64,000 bases of DNA from Minisyncoccota bacterium (GTDB taxonomy: Bacteria > Patescibacteriota > Minisyncoccia > Phycocordibacterales > DATDWN01). The stretch spans positions 65,813 to 129,812 of the forward strand of contig JBAZZC010000001.1 in assembly GCA_041658985.1 (NCBI GenBank). Reading direction: 5' to 3'. Numbering within the stretch: the stretch's first letter is position 1; each line of letters starts with the position of its first letter. A model generated the notes under the pieces. That model ran no database searches. It saw nothing but the letters and a program-made list of their open reading frames with translations, and was not told where the DNA came from. Made by a program: the position numbers and the translations under genes. Shown one piece after another: positions 1-8,338 of this stretch.

Positions 1-264
1 TATTAAAGCAACACAAAGCCATACATTTTTTCTTAGTATCATTTCTTCTTTTTTTGTTTTTTTAATTATTGAAACAGTTGCACCTAAATTGCGCAAAGAC
101 GTAATCATGCAAAGATAGTCCGTTCCAGAACCATCAAATAAAATGACCTGCGAACCAACATTGTATCTAAAAACACTTCTCCATTGGTGCACTAAGTCTC
201 TATCCGTTACATCAAACGTATCATGAAAAATCGTATTGTTTACATAAAATCGGTGAAACCGCAT
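1..264 (-). CDS. rsmE: 16S rRNA (uracil1498-N3)-methyltransferase RsmE, N-terminal part (gene continues beyond window start)
   Basis: Reverse-complement translation from ATG (rc of 262-264) gives MRFHRFYVNNTIFHDTFDVTDRDLVHQWRSVFRYNVGSQVILFDGSGTDY..., matching the RsmE N-terminal PUA-like domain pattern; truncated by window edge. Confidence 0.55.
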   Translation of the reverse strand, partial: MRFHRFYVNNTIFHDTFDVTDRDLVHQWRSVFRYNVGSQVILFDGSGTDYLCMITSLRNLGATVSIIKKTKKEEMILRKNVWLCVALI

Positions 265-348
265 AATAAAACATTATACCAGACTTGACATTTTTGTCAT
301 TGTTGGCAATATGTTGAACAGATTAGTCCCCCAACAAGGAGAGCACAC

Positions 349-705
349 ATGCCGGTAGTAAAAGTGTGGTGTCTTCCAGCAGATCTTTCGGAAGACACCC
401 TGCGAGCAATCCACAAAAGCATCGTCACAGCCACCATGTCCGTGAAGGAGTTTGGGGTTACTGACGAGAAGTCAATGACCACACTGTTCCCGAAGGATAT
501 GATGGTCTACGGTCTTGGAACCGAAATCGTCATCGAGGTCCTGTCGAGAAGGTCCAGTAGGGTTCAATCGATAACGAGAGCCCGTCTGGCTATGGTTCTG
601 GTATCGGCCGTGTGCGAGTTCTTCCCCAAGGCCATGGTGGAATGTCTCGTTCTTCCATTCAGTGAGGAAGACGGCTTCTACCACCTGGACGCACCGAGGT
701 GTTGA
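349..705 (+). CDS. hypothetical protein encoded in a GC-rich island (island A)
   Basis: 118-aa ORF with balanced amino-acid composition; strong SD (aaggagag) 8 nt upstream of ATG; TTGACA at 283-288; composition visibly G+C-rich relative to flanks; followed by hairpin terminator. Confidence 0.45.
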   Translation: MPVVKVWCLPADLSEDTLRAIHKSIVTATMSVKEFGVTDEKSMTTLFPKDMMVYGLGTEIVIEVLSRRSSRVQSITRARLAMVLVSAVCEFFPKAMVECLVLPFSEEDGFYHLDAPRC

Positions 706-732
706 GAATTCGCAACCCGCCCGTCACTGGAG

Positions 733-760
733 ACCGCCCCGTCTCGACGAGGCGGTTTTC
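733..760 (+). terminator. rho-independent terminator-like GC hairpin (accgcc-N12-ggcggt) followed by TTTTCC
   Basis: stem ccgcc/ggcgg with gacga loop core, T-run; same motif family as the intragenic CCGCC-GAnGA-GGCGG elements. Confidence 0.5.
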
Positions 761-950
761 CATATCAAAATTAAAATTTTACTATTTTTGAATATTTGTT
801 ATACTCAAAACAGTTATAGAATCTCGTTGAAGTCGTATCTTTTTTGGAGCATCCGCAGGGAGCAAGCCGGTCTTGTCAACAACCCGAGCACACAGCGAGG
901 GCTCTTGACAAGTTGCGACTGAGGACTAGAACGAACTTTTCGCTGGAAAA

Positions 951-1580
951 GTGAGTGTCTCTAAAAAAGATACGACAAAAAAGAGACTTTATAATCTAAC
1001 AAAAAATTTTATGCTTATACCTACAGTTATTGAAAAATCCCAATTCGGTGAACGGGCATACGACATATACTCGCGACTTTTGCGTGAAAATATTATTTTC
1101 CTGGGCGGACCGATAGATGACGACACAGCAAACATTGTTATTGCTCAAATGCTTTTTTTGCAATCAGAAAATCCTAAAAAAGATATTTCCATTTATATAA
1201 ACTCTCCGGGTGGATACATTCATTCTGGTTTGGCTATTTTGGACACGATGAATATTTTGAAAAATGATATTTCAACAGTCTGTGTTGGTATCGCCGCTTC
1301 AATGGCCTCGGTAATTCTGTCAGCTGGAACAAAAGGCAAAAGATTTATTCTGCCAAACGCAGAAGTGATGATACATCAACCACATGGTGGAACAGAGGGC
1401 CAGGCATCTGATATTGAGATATCGGCAAAACATATTCTAAAACAACGTGACTTGCTTAATAAAATGCTTGCTAAAAATACGGGTAAGCCACTAGCTCAAA
1501 TAGAAAAAGATGTTGACCGTGACTTTTTTATGACGTCTGAAGAGGCAAAACGATATGGAATAGTAGACAAAATCCTATAA
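951..1580 (+). CDS. clpP: ATP-dependent Clp protease proteolytic subunit ClpP (likely true start ATG at 1011)
   Basis: LIPTVIE...[12 protein letters not shown]...IFLGGPIDD...INSPGG...catalytic Ser context [19 protein letters not shown]: classic ClpP motifs. Confidence 0.92.
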   Translation: MSVSKKDTTKKRLYNLTKNFMLIPTVIEKSQFGERAYDIYSRLLRENIIFLGGPIDDDTANIVIAQMLFLQSENPKKDISIYINSPGGYIHSGLAILDTMNILKNDISTVCVGIAASMASVILSAGTKGKRFILPNAEVMIHQPHGGTEGQASDIEISAKHILKQRDLLNKMLAKNTGKPLAQIEKDVDRDFFMTSEEAKRYGIVDKIL

Positions 1581-1747
1581 AAGAGCTATAATACCAGTAT
1601 TATTTATTTTAATTAGATAACTGGTTGTTTTTGTTTTTCTGTTAATATTTCCGTTCAAATCCAGATTCCTTAAAAAATTTTAGAGATACAAACTTACTTA
1701 TGATTGATACAGACTACATATTGAAAGAACTCTATATTTAGAACCCG

Positions 1748-1764
1748 CCTGCCGGCGAGGCAGG
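1748..1764 (+). repeat. intergenic copy of the short GC palindrome family (CCTGCC-GGCGA-GGCAGG)
   Basis: perfect 6-bp stem, 5-nt loop, immediately upstream of rny. Confidence 0.4.
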
Positions 1765-1792
1765 AAACGAAAGCGACGGTTGTTTGCGAAAC

Positions 1793-3322
1793 ATGTCATT
1801 AAAAATAGTCCTGCTGTTACTTTCCGTAGCCTCACTTATATCAATAGTGATTGGCTATTACTTGCGTCTCATCGTTTCTCTTGGTCAAAAAGGTTCAATG
1901 GAACTAGACCTCAAGAAAATGATGCTTGAGGCAGAGAAGAAAGAAAAAGCAATCGTTGATGAAGCAGAAAAAAAAGCAGAAGAGTTACTGAAGGTAGCTA
2001 GGTTAGAAATAAAACAAAGAGAAGAAGACAATAAAAAAACAGAAGAAAGACTCATTAAAAAAGATGAGCTTCTTCTAGGTAGACAAACCGAAATAGATAA
2101 AGAGGTAGAAGAGATTAAGAAAAGGATTGAGGAAATAAAGATATTAAGAGACAAGGCGTTAGCTACGACAGAGCAAAAAAAAGAAGAGCTAAGTAAAATC
2201 GCCAAACTCACCCCCGAAGAAGCCAAACAAGAAATTTTAAAAACAGTTGAGAAAGAAAATGAGGAAGATATTTTAGTCCGAATGAAGAAACTGGAAATGG
2301 ACGGCGAGGAAAGATTGGAAGAAAAAGCTAAAGGGATTTTAACTTCTTCAATTCAGCGTCTATCAAATTCAGTTTCATCGGACATGCTTACAACCCATGT
2401 CGTAATTCCAAATGACGAAATAAAAGGAAAAATTATTGGAAAAGAAGGTAGAAACATAAAAGCTTTTGAAAGATGTACTGGGGTTGAGGTTATCGTTGAC
2501 GATACGCCCGGCTCTATTACCATCTCTTCTTTTGACCCCGTCCGTCGCCAAATAGCAAAATCAGCCTTAGAAAAACTTATTGTTGACGGTAGAATTCAAC
2601 CAGCAAAAATTGAGGAAATGGTCCAAAAAGCAGAACAAGAAATCGCTAAAATTATAAAAGAAAAAGGTGAAGAAGCGGTGTATGAAACTGGAGTGTTGGG
2701 CCTCGACCCTCGTATTATTTCTATTCTCGGAAGACTCCACTTCAGAACAAGTTATGGGCAAAATGTTTTAGCCCACTCTATAGAAATGGCCCACATTGCC
2801 GGTATGCTTGCCGAGGAAATAGGTGCAAATGTCCAAGTGGCAAAAGCCGGGGCGTTGGTGCACGACATAGGAAAAGCCCTAGACCATGAGGTTGTTGGTA
2901 CACACATTGAAATTGGTCGAAGAATTCTCCAAAAGTTCGGCGCAGATGAAAATATAATAAAAGCTATGCAAGCTCATCATGAGGAATATCCTTATGAAAC
3001 ACTTGAATCAATGATTGTTCAGTCAGCAGACGCTATATCAGGTGGCCGACCTGGAGCTCGTCGAGACAGTATAGAAAACTATCTAAAACGACTAAAAGAC
3101 CTTGAGGCCGTGGCCAATTCATTTAAGGGTGTTGAGAAATCATATGCCCTACAGGCTGGTCGTGAAATAAGAATTTTTGTCACCCCTAGTGAAACCACGG
3201 ACCTTGAAGCTAAAAAAATGGCTAGAGATATCGCCCTTCGCATAGAAAGTGAACTAAAATATCCGGGTGAAATAAAGGTGACAGTCATTCGCGAGTCTAG
3301 AACCATTGAGTTTGCAAGGTAA
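1793..3322 (+). CDS. rny: ribonuclease Y (alt TTG start at 1784)
   Basis: N-terminal TM helix, long coiled coil, KH domain (IIGKEGRNIKAFE) and HD domain (HSIEMAHIAGMLAEE...LVHDIGKA). Confidence 0.93.
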   Translation: MSLKIVLLLLSVASLISIVIGYYLRLIVSLGQKGSMELDLKKMMLEAEKKEKAIVDEAEKKAEELLKVARLEIKQREEDNKKTEERLIKKDELLLGRQTEIDKEVEEIKKRIEEIKILRDKALATTEQKKEELSKIAKLTPEEAKQEILKTVEKENEEDILVRMKKLEMDGEERLEEKAKGILTSSIQRLSNSVSSDMLTTHVVIPNDEIKGKIIGKEGRNIKAFERCTGVEVIVDDTPGSITISSFDPVRRQIAKSALEKLIVDGRIQPAKIEEMVQKAEQEIAKIIKEKGEEAVYETGVLGLDPRIISILGRLHFRTSYGQNVLAHSIEMAHIAGMLAEEIGANVQVAKAGALVHDIGKALDHEVVGTHIEIGRRILQKFGADENIIKAMQAHHEEYPYETLESMIVQSADAISGGRPGARRDSIENYLKRLKDLEAVANSFKGVEKSYALQAGREIRIFVTPSETTDLEAKKMARDIALRIESELKYPGEIKVTVIRESRTIEFAR

Positions 3323-3339
3323 AAAGTACTCGAAACTTA

Positions 3340-3510
3340 TTTTTTGAGACACGCATAAAGCCCTGCTGGGCTTTTGCTATGCTCGTCAATCAAGAAAACA
3401 ATCTTTCTCAATACTGGCCCTTTCGCAAACTCGGGCTTCGCCCTCAAACAGTGCTTCGGGCTGGCGTACTTCGTCGTTGTTTTCTAATTGACTGTGCAAT
3501 GTCTCAAAAA
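3340..3510. repeat. ~170-bp intergenic repeat element, copy 1 (family also at 11051-11222 and 34254-34424)
   Basis: begins TTTTTGAGACACGCATAAA, core gctatgctcgtcaatcaagaaaacaatct...ttcgcaaactcg...cttcgtcgttgttttctaattgactgtgcaatgtct; ~85-90% identity to other copies by eye; inverted 16-17 bp arms (gtcaatcaagaaaacaa / ttgttttctaattgac). Confidence 0.8.
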
Positions 3511-3691
3511 ACAAGTTTCTCATTCTAACGAGAAAGAAATTTTGTATTTTATACACATCATCTTTAATCCACAGTCAATATGTTGCTTTAAAAAACCGTT
3601 GGTATATACTATTATTCATAGTAGATAGTTTGGACTTTCTGTTCGAAGGTTCCAAAAAATAAAATTATTATTAATTAATTACATTATTAAT

Positions 3692-3964
3692 ATGAATAAA
3701 GCATCTATCGTAGACGCAGTACACGACAAATTAGGTGGAACAAAAGTCCAAGCAGAAGAAGTCGTAGATTTAGTGATTGATTCAATCGTCGGAACACTCA
3801 AGAAAGGTGGTGAAGTTTCAATCGCTGGTCTTGGAATCTTCTCAACAAAGACACGAGCAGCACGACAGGCTCGAAACCCACGAACAGGAGAATCAATATC
3901 TGTTCCATCAATGAAAGTTCCAAAATTCCGTGCAGCTAAGGCCCTTAAAGAAGCTGTGAAATAG
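3692..3964 (+). CDS. hup: DNA-binding protein HU
   Basis: MNKASIVDAV...GGEVSIAGLGIFSTKTRAARQARNPRTGESISVPSMKVPKFRAAKALKEAV: HU/IHF family signature. Confidence 0.93.
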   Translation: MNKASIVDAVHDKLGGTKVQAEEVVDLVIDSIVGTLKKGGEVSIAGLGIFSTKTRAARQARNPRTGESISVPSMKVPKFRAAKALKEAVK

Positions 3965-4120
3965 TCGCCTGGTCTTTTTGTCCGATTTTTTCGTTGCTCG
4001 TTTTGTTCGCTCCCGCAGAGTACTAAATGTACACTTTGGTCACAAACAAAACTCCGCACTTCAAACTCGAACAAAAATCCTCAGGCTTGCATTTAAAAAA
4101 TTATTTGCGCGAATCAAAAA

Positions 4121-4142
4121 ACACCCGCTTGGGTGTTTTTTG
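4121..4142. terminator. bidirectional rho-independent terminator (acaccc-gctt-gggtgt flanked by A-run and T-run)
   Basis: perfect 6-bp GC-rich stem, A5 upstream and T6 downstream; lies between convergent hup and DUF3850 genes. Confidence 0.7.
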
Positions 4143-4143
4143 A

Positions 4144-4404
4144 TTATTTTATAGATATTATTTGGAAACCATATTTTTCAATATCTTCTTCTGACCACGA
4201 ATGCATATCTTTTGTTTTTAAAACAAATGTGATTTCTTTTTCAATTTCTCTACCAGTATATTTTCTGATATTCGGGTCCCACTCTTTTAAAACCAAAACA
4301 TCCCCCGCTTTACATTCCCAATCAGCCAAACGCAAATCAAAATTTTTTTCACCAGAAATAATCTTATCAAAATATTCTGGCCATGCTTTCTTTTCTATCT
4401 TCAT
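4144..4404 (-). CDS. DUF3850 (ASCH-like) domain protein
   Basis: MKIEKKAWPEYFDKIISGEKNFDLRLADW...VLVLKEWDP...YTGREIEKEITFVLK resembles DUF3850 family consensus. Confidence 0.65.
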   Translation of the reverse strand: MKIEKKAWPEYFDKIISGEKNFDLRLADWECKAGDVLVLKEWDPNIRKYTGREIEKEITFVLKTKDMHSWSEEDIEKYGFQIISIK

Positions 4405-4406
4405 AG

Positions 4407-4477
4407 TGCGGGTAGGGAGAATCGAACTCCCCTCTCAGTCTTGGAAGGACCGCATTCTACCACTAAACCATACCCGC
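4407..4477 (-). tRNA. tRNA-Gly (anticodon TCC)
   Basis: rc reads GCGGGTATGGTTTAGTGGTAGAATGCGGTCCTTCCAAGACTGAGAGGGGAGTTCGATTCTCCCTACCCGCA: 7-bp acceptor stem, D/T arms, anticodon loop CTTCCAA. Confidence 0.85.
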
Positions 4478-4535
4478 AATGGAATTTATACTACCAGAAA
4501 ATTAGTACCTAAGCAAAAAATGATATAATTCTGAA

Positions 4536-5639
4536 ATGTTACAAAAAATTTTATCAATGTTAGTCTTGGTAACTATTTTAGTTTTTGGCTTTTGGTCAGT
4601 ACAAACTTCGGTCGCCCCAATTCAAAATGAATACAAAGAAGCGGTGGCAACTACAACCCCGACGCTCCGACCTAATACATCGGAGGTCGGGGCTCCGACC
4701 ACAAGCGTCGGAGCAACCAAATCAAAACCCGTTGTAATAACAAAACAGATTGAGATACCTGAAATAATTACGATTCCGACAATAGAACCAGCACCAGATT
4801 TTGAAAAAATTAATGCATACACTCGTCTGGCCACAGTGAACATTCTCTGTCAGACAAAAGCCAGTGACTTCTCCCCTATTTCTGGTACGGGTATGATAAT
4901 AAGCCAGGATGGTTTGATTTTAACCAATGCCCATGTGGCCCAATATTTTTTGTTGCGTGATTTGTATGTGAAAAATTTTATTGAATGTGTTATTCGAACC
5001 GGCAGTCCTGCCTATCCAAAATATCATGCTGAATTAGTTTATATTTCTCCAGCTTGGGTAGAAGACAATAAAGCCGAGATAAAATTACAAAACCCATTAG
5101 GGACCGGTGAAAAAGACTTTGCCTTTTTACGAATTACTGATGCCATTGATGGCTCTAGATTACCTGCTTTTTCTTTTGTCTCAACCGATGTACGAGAAAA
5201 AATAAATGTAAACGAACCAGTTGTTCTTGTTTCCTATCCTGCTGGATTTCTTGGTGGGCTATCAATCATTCAAAACTTAAACATCACAAGTGCTGTTACA
5301 ACGATTCAAGATGTTTTCACTTTCAAAGAAAACACCATTGATGTAATCGCTGTTGGTGGGACGGTTGTATCACAAAAGGGTGCTTCCGGCGGTGCAGTAA
5401 TAGATAAAAACTCGAAACTCTTGGGAATAATCGCCACAAGTTCAGATGGTGCTGTGACAAGTAGTCGTGGACTAAACGCTATCACACTGGCCTATATAAA
5501 CAGAACACTACAAAGTGAGACTGGGTTTACACTCTCTGAATTCTTATCAAAAGATTTGGCTGGTTATGCAAAAACTTTTCAAGAAAACATTGCTCCGGGA
5601 CTTACAAAAATACTTACCGACGAGATAATAAAACAATAA
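4536..5639 (+). CDS. trypsin-like serine protease (S1C/HtrA-like catalytic domain) with N-terminal TM anchor
   Basis: GTGMIISQDGLILTNAHV (His motif), GASGGAV (GxSGG Ser motif), N-terminal hydrophobic helix. Confidence 0.8.
   Translation: MLQKILSMLVLVTILVFGFWSVQTSVAPIQNEYKEAVATTTPTLRPNTSEVGAPTTSVGATKSKPVVITKQIEIPEIITIPTIEPAPDFEKINAYTRLATVNILCQTKASDFSPISGTGMIISQDGLILTNAHVAQYFLLRDLYVKNFIECVIRTGSPAYPKYHAELVYISPAWVEDNKAEIKLQNPLGTGEKDFAFLRITDAIDGSRLPAFSFVSTDVREKINVNEPVVLVSYPAGFLGGLSIIQNLNITSAVTTIQDVFTFKENTIDVIAVGGTVVSQKGASGGAVIDKNSKLLGIIATSSDGAVTSSRGLNAITLAYINRTLQSETGFTLSEFLSKDLAGYAKTFQENIAPGLTKILTDEIIKQ
4665..4713. repeat. in-frame intragenic GC-rich palindromic element (family 2), copy in protease gene
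   Basis: ccccgacgctccgacct...ggaggtcggggctccgacc...gcgtcgg; second copy 46029-46083 ~85% identical; both translate to TPTLRP.T.EVG.PT..VG in host proteins. Confidence 0.75.
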
Positions 5640-5729
5640 ACGAACAATTTTTACTTTTTAAGTTAGAATTTAAAATGAATTTTTAATTTTGAAATTAATC
5701 ATTGAAAATTAAGTAAAAAATTAAAAATT

Positions 5730-6035
5730 TTAAATTAAAAATTTACTTTCAGACGATATCTGAACAATCATTTGAAAGTTATCCTCTTTTACAGTTTTGT
5801 TTGGTTTTTTTAAGCCACATTTTACACATTTGTGAATAATAATATATTCCTTTCCTTTTTTTTCTACCATAATTGGCTCCATCATTCCCCCACAGTTCTC
5901 TGTCCTATCCCCTGGAAAAACATCAACATGTTTTGACCATAAACATTGTGGGCAGTGGTTTGTGTAACCGTTACCTTCTACAGAAAAACCACACTTCTCG
6001 CAAGTAAAGTTCTCGATTTTGCGTATAAAAATCAT
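5730..6035 (-). CDS. zinc-ribbon protein, RNHCP-domain-like
   Basis: CEKCG...YTNHCPQCLWSKHVD...CVKCG: two CxxC pairs and NHCP motif. Confidence 0.5.
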   Translation of the reverse strand: MIFIRKIENFTCEKCGFSVEGNGYTNHCPQCLWSKHVDVFPGDRTENCGGMMEPIMVEKKGKEYIIIHKCVKCGLKKPNKTVKEDNFQMIVQISSESKFLI

Positions 6036-6202
6036 TATGTAAATATATCATGGTATTATGTAATTTCGGAAAAAGGCAAGAACTTGGGCGGGCCGTATAA
6101 GACCCTCTTTTTTTCTTTCCATCTCATCTAACATTTCAACATTCTCAAGAATGTGAGAATGTCATTTTAGCAACTTTTTTAGGTAAGTGGTATAATTATA
6201 GG

Positions 6203-6880
6203 ATGAAAAAAGTATACATTGTTTTAATATTAATAATCGTGGGGCTGGGAATATCGTTTGCATTTAATGGCCAACCAAAGAAAGATGATGTTGGGATTGC
6301 AAATCCTGCATCGGTATTTTGTGTGGAGCAGGGTGGGCGGTTGGATATTAGGACTGATACGAATGGTGGGCAAACAGGATTTTGTGTTTTTGAAGGTGGT
6401 CCTGAATGTGAAGAGTGGGCTTTTTTCCGAGGTGAGTGTAGAATAGATGAGCCAACAAATACTGGAATTGCTTGCACGGAAGAAGCGAAGATTTGTCCGG
6501 ATGGCTCTGCGGTCGGGCGTATCGGACGAAATTGCGAATTTGCTCCGTGCCCCAATACACCAATATCTGGACAAGGAACTGTTTCAGGTAAGGTGACTCT
6601 TAGCCCGACTTGTCCGGTAGAACGCATACCTCCTGACCCTAATTGCGCTCCAAAACCATATGCCATTTCTATAAATATTTTGAAAGCTGGCGGTATTGGA
6701 ATAATTAAAACAATTAAAAGTGACGTAAATGGGGCGTTTAGTATAAATCTTGATTCTGGAACATTTATTCTACGGGCAAGTGGTGGCGCGGTACTGCCGA
6801 GATGCGCTGATGTATCGGTGAAAGTAGTAAATGGACAAACGACCACGGCCAATATTTCTTGTGATACGGGGATACGATAA
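6203..6880 (+). CDS. secreted DUF333 (putative hemolysin-like) domain protein
   Basis: signal peptide/TM MKKVYIVLILIIVGLGISFAF; NPASVFCVEQGGRL...GFCVFEGG...C pattern typical of DUF333; region moderately GC-enriched. Confidence 0.55.
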   Translation: MKKVYIVLILIIVGLGISFAFNGQPKKDDVGIANPASVFCVEQGGRLDIRTDTNGGQTGFCVFEGGPECEEWAFFRGECRIDEPTNTGIACTEEAKICPDGSAVGRIGRNCEFAPCPNTPISGQGTVSGKVTLSPTCPVERIPPDPNCAPKPYAISINILKAGGIGIIKTIKSDVNGAFSINLDSGTFILRASGGAVLPRCADVSVKVVNGQTTTANISCDTGIR

Positions 6881-6949
6881 AACATTTCTCTTTCTCCTCT
6901 ATTATTTTTGGAACTATTGGTGCAATAATTGGAATTTATTTTGAGCTAC

Positions 6950-6978
6950 TTGACAAAGAGTGAGTAACTTGTTACAAT
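6950..6978 (+). promoter_or_regulatory. consensus sigma70-type promoter (TTGACA-17-TACAAT) upstream of GC-rich island B
   Basis: TTGACA 6950-6955, 17-nt spacer, TACAAT 6973-6978. Confidence 0.5.
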
Positions 6979-6996
6979 ACACACAGACCAGGTATA

Positions 6997-7401
6997 GTGC
7001 TACATGCGTGGCCAACTATAACTTGGGCAACTGGAGGACTCGTCGTGGAAAGAATATTCCGATTCGAAAGGTGCCCCTGCGGGAAGAGCGTCGCGCACGG
7101 ATACTTCGTGGCCTACAACCCCAATGGTGGCGGAGTTCTGATACTCCCCATCAAGGTCGATTCCATCATGGCCGGCTGTGCTCTGATGGCACGAATGGCT
7201 TACATTTTCCGCGACCAGGACATCTCTGCGCTGGAACAGCAGCTCCACGACGTCGGCCTTCCCGAAACCAGGAGGAGTGCCGACGAGGACATCGAGAACA
7301 TCGAGGCACAGATCCAGGGCATGTGGAGACTTCTGGATCTGGCAGTCGAGGCCACCGGGGGTCTCACGGTCACGATGCGACACGTCGTCGTGAGGCCCTA
7401 G
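6997..7401 (+). CDS. hypothetical protein in GC-rich island B (frame choice uncertain; overlapping ORFs in other frames)
   Basis: 134-aa ORF with natural-looking composition; G+C-rich region produces competing ORFs 6960-7490(+) and 7000-7422(-); + strand favoured by upstream promoter. Confidence 0.35.
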   Translation: MLHAWPTITWATGGLVVERIFRFERCPCGKSVAHGYFVAYNPNGGGVLILPIKVDSIMAGCALMARMAYIFRDQDISALEQQLHDVGLPETRRSADEDIENIEAQIQGMWRLLDLAVEATGGLTVTMRHVVVRP

Positions 7402-7709
7402 GCCAGCAACACGCGCTCCCACCAGTTCCGTCCAAAGACACCAAGACGCCGACCCTCCTTCCTGGGGGGCCGGCGTTCACTTTTATATAAAACATTCTAC
7501 CAATTTTAAATTGCTTAGTTTCAAAAAAATTAACTGTCGGGGTGCCGAGTGAAAAGTCGTGAACCGACTTCGCAAGACCTTGAATATTTTGTACTCAAAA
7601 TGTGAAAGGTGTACTCCACGTAAGGAGGCAAACTCGGGCCGCATAAATTTTTACTAAAAAATTTCCACAGAAACATAACATGTTTCTGGAAGTTGTTTTC
7701 AACACTTCG

Positions 7710-7780
7710 TCGGGGTGCCGAGAATCGAACTCGGGCCGCATGATCCCAAATCATGAATACTACCGCTATACTACACCCCG
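7710..7780 (-). tRNA. tRNA-Pro (anticodon TGG)
   Basis: rc reads CGGGGTGTAGTATAGCGGTAGTATTCATGATTTGGGATCATGCGGCCCGAGTTCGATTCTCGGCACCCCGA; anticodon loop TTTGGGA. Confidence 0.8.
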
Positions 7781-7802
7781 ACGAATTTTTTAAAACAACT
7801 TC

Positions 7803-7839
7803 CCCAAATCATGAATACTACCGCTATACTACACCCCGA
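7803..7839 (-). repeat. 37-bp direct duplicate of the 5' half of tRNA-Pro; further tRNA fragments at 7538-7551 (3' end) and 7633-7647 (T-arm)
   Basis: cccaaatcatgaatactaccgctatactacaccccga identical to 7745-7781; gtcggggtgccgag repeated at 7538-7551; aactcgggccgcat repeated at 7633-7646. Confidence 0.8.
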
Positions 7840-7897
7840 AATTTTATAAATAAGACATCCAGCAGTTTAACACAAAAAACAAAAATGACAAAAATTT

Positions 7898-8338
7898 TTA
7901 TAAGACAACATCATCTAGGATAGAAACTCGCCATGGTTTTTTGTTTTCATCCATGTAAACGATGGCAACATCAAACTGCCAATCAATATCATCCGAAACA
8001 TTTTTGTCTAAAAGATAAGATTGAATTGCCCTACCAAGTCTTTTTAACTTCCACGGATGCATATTATCCTCTGGCCGATAATCATCTGTTACACGTGTAA
8101 CATTCTGGTCCGCCTCATCGGCGGACCCGCCGAGGAGGCGGGAAACACTTTTCACCTCCACAAAATGTATCTTATTCCCCTTTTTAGCCACAATATCAAG
8201 TTCTCCCCACTTTCTTAAGTAATTTCTGTCAATAATTGAGTAACCATTTTCCTTCAGGTATGTACTTACTGCATCCTCTCCAATTTTTCCAATTATCTGT
8301 TTTTCAGTTGGTGGTTTCTGTTCTTTTTTACCAAACAT
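7898..8338 (-). CDS. yraN: YraN/UPF0102 family endonuclease-like protein carrying an in-frame palindromic insertion
   Basis: GEDAVSTYLKENGYSIIDRNYLRKWGELDIVAKKGNKIHFVEVKS matches YraN family; segment RLLGGSADEADQ is encoded by two GC hairpins. Confidence 0.7.
   Translation of the reverse strand: MFGKKEQKPPTEKQIIGKIGEDAVSTYLKENGYSIIDRNYLRKWGELDIVAKKGNKIHFVEVKSVSRLLGGSADEADQNVTRVTDDYRPEDNMHPWKLKRLGRAIQSYLLDKNVSDDIDWQFDVAIVYMDENKKPWRVSILDDVVL
8108..8142. repeat. two adjacent short GC palindromes (family 1: CCGCC-GAnGA-GGCGG) inserted in-frame in yraN
   Basis: gtccgcc-tcatc-ggcggac then cccgcc-gagga-ggcggg; related copies at 28425-28444, 46534-46550, 1748-1764, 733-756. Confidence 0.75.

Noticed and set aside
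1885-2226. 113-aa minus-strand ORF inside rny
   Set aside because: Ser/Leu/Phe-rich low-complexity antisense shadow of the Lys/Glu-rich coiled coil of RNase Y; no start context
6196-6885. 229-aa minus-strand ORF fully overlapping the DUF333 gene
   Set aside because: Antisense shadow ORF typical of a GC-enriched region; the + strand has a signal peptide and a family-like Cys pattern
6960-7490. 176-aa + strand ORF (Arg/Gly/His-rich) in island B
   Set aside because: Composition typical of an out-of-frame read of GC-rich DNA; the overlapping 6997-7401 frame looks more protein-like, though island B coding assignment remains uncertain
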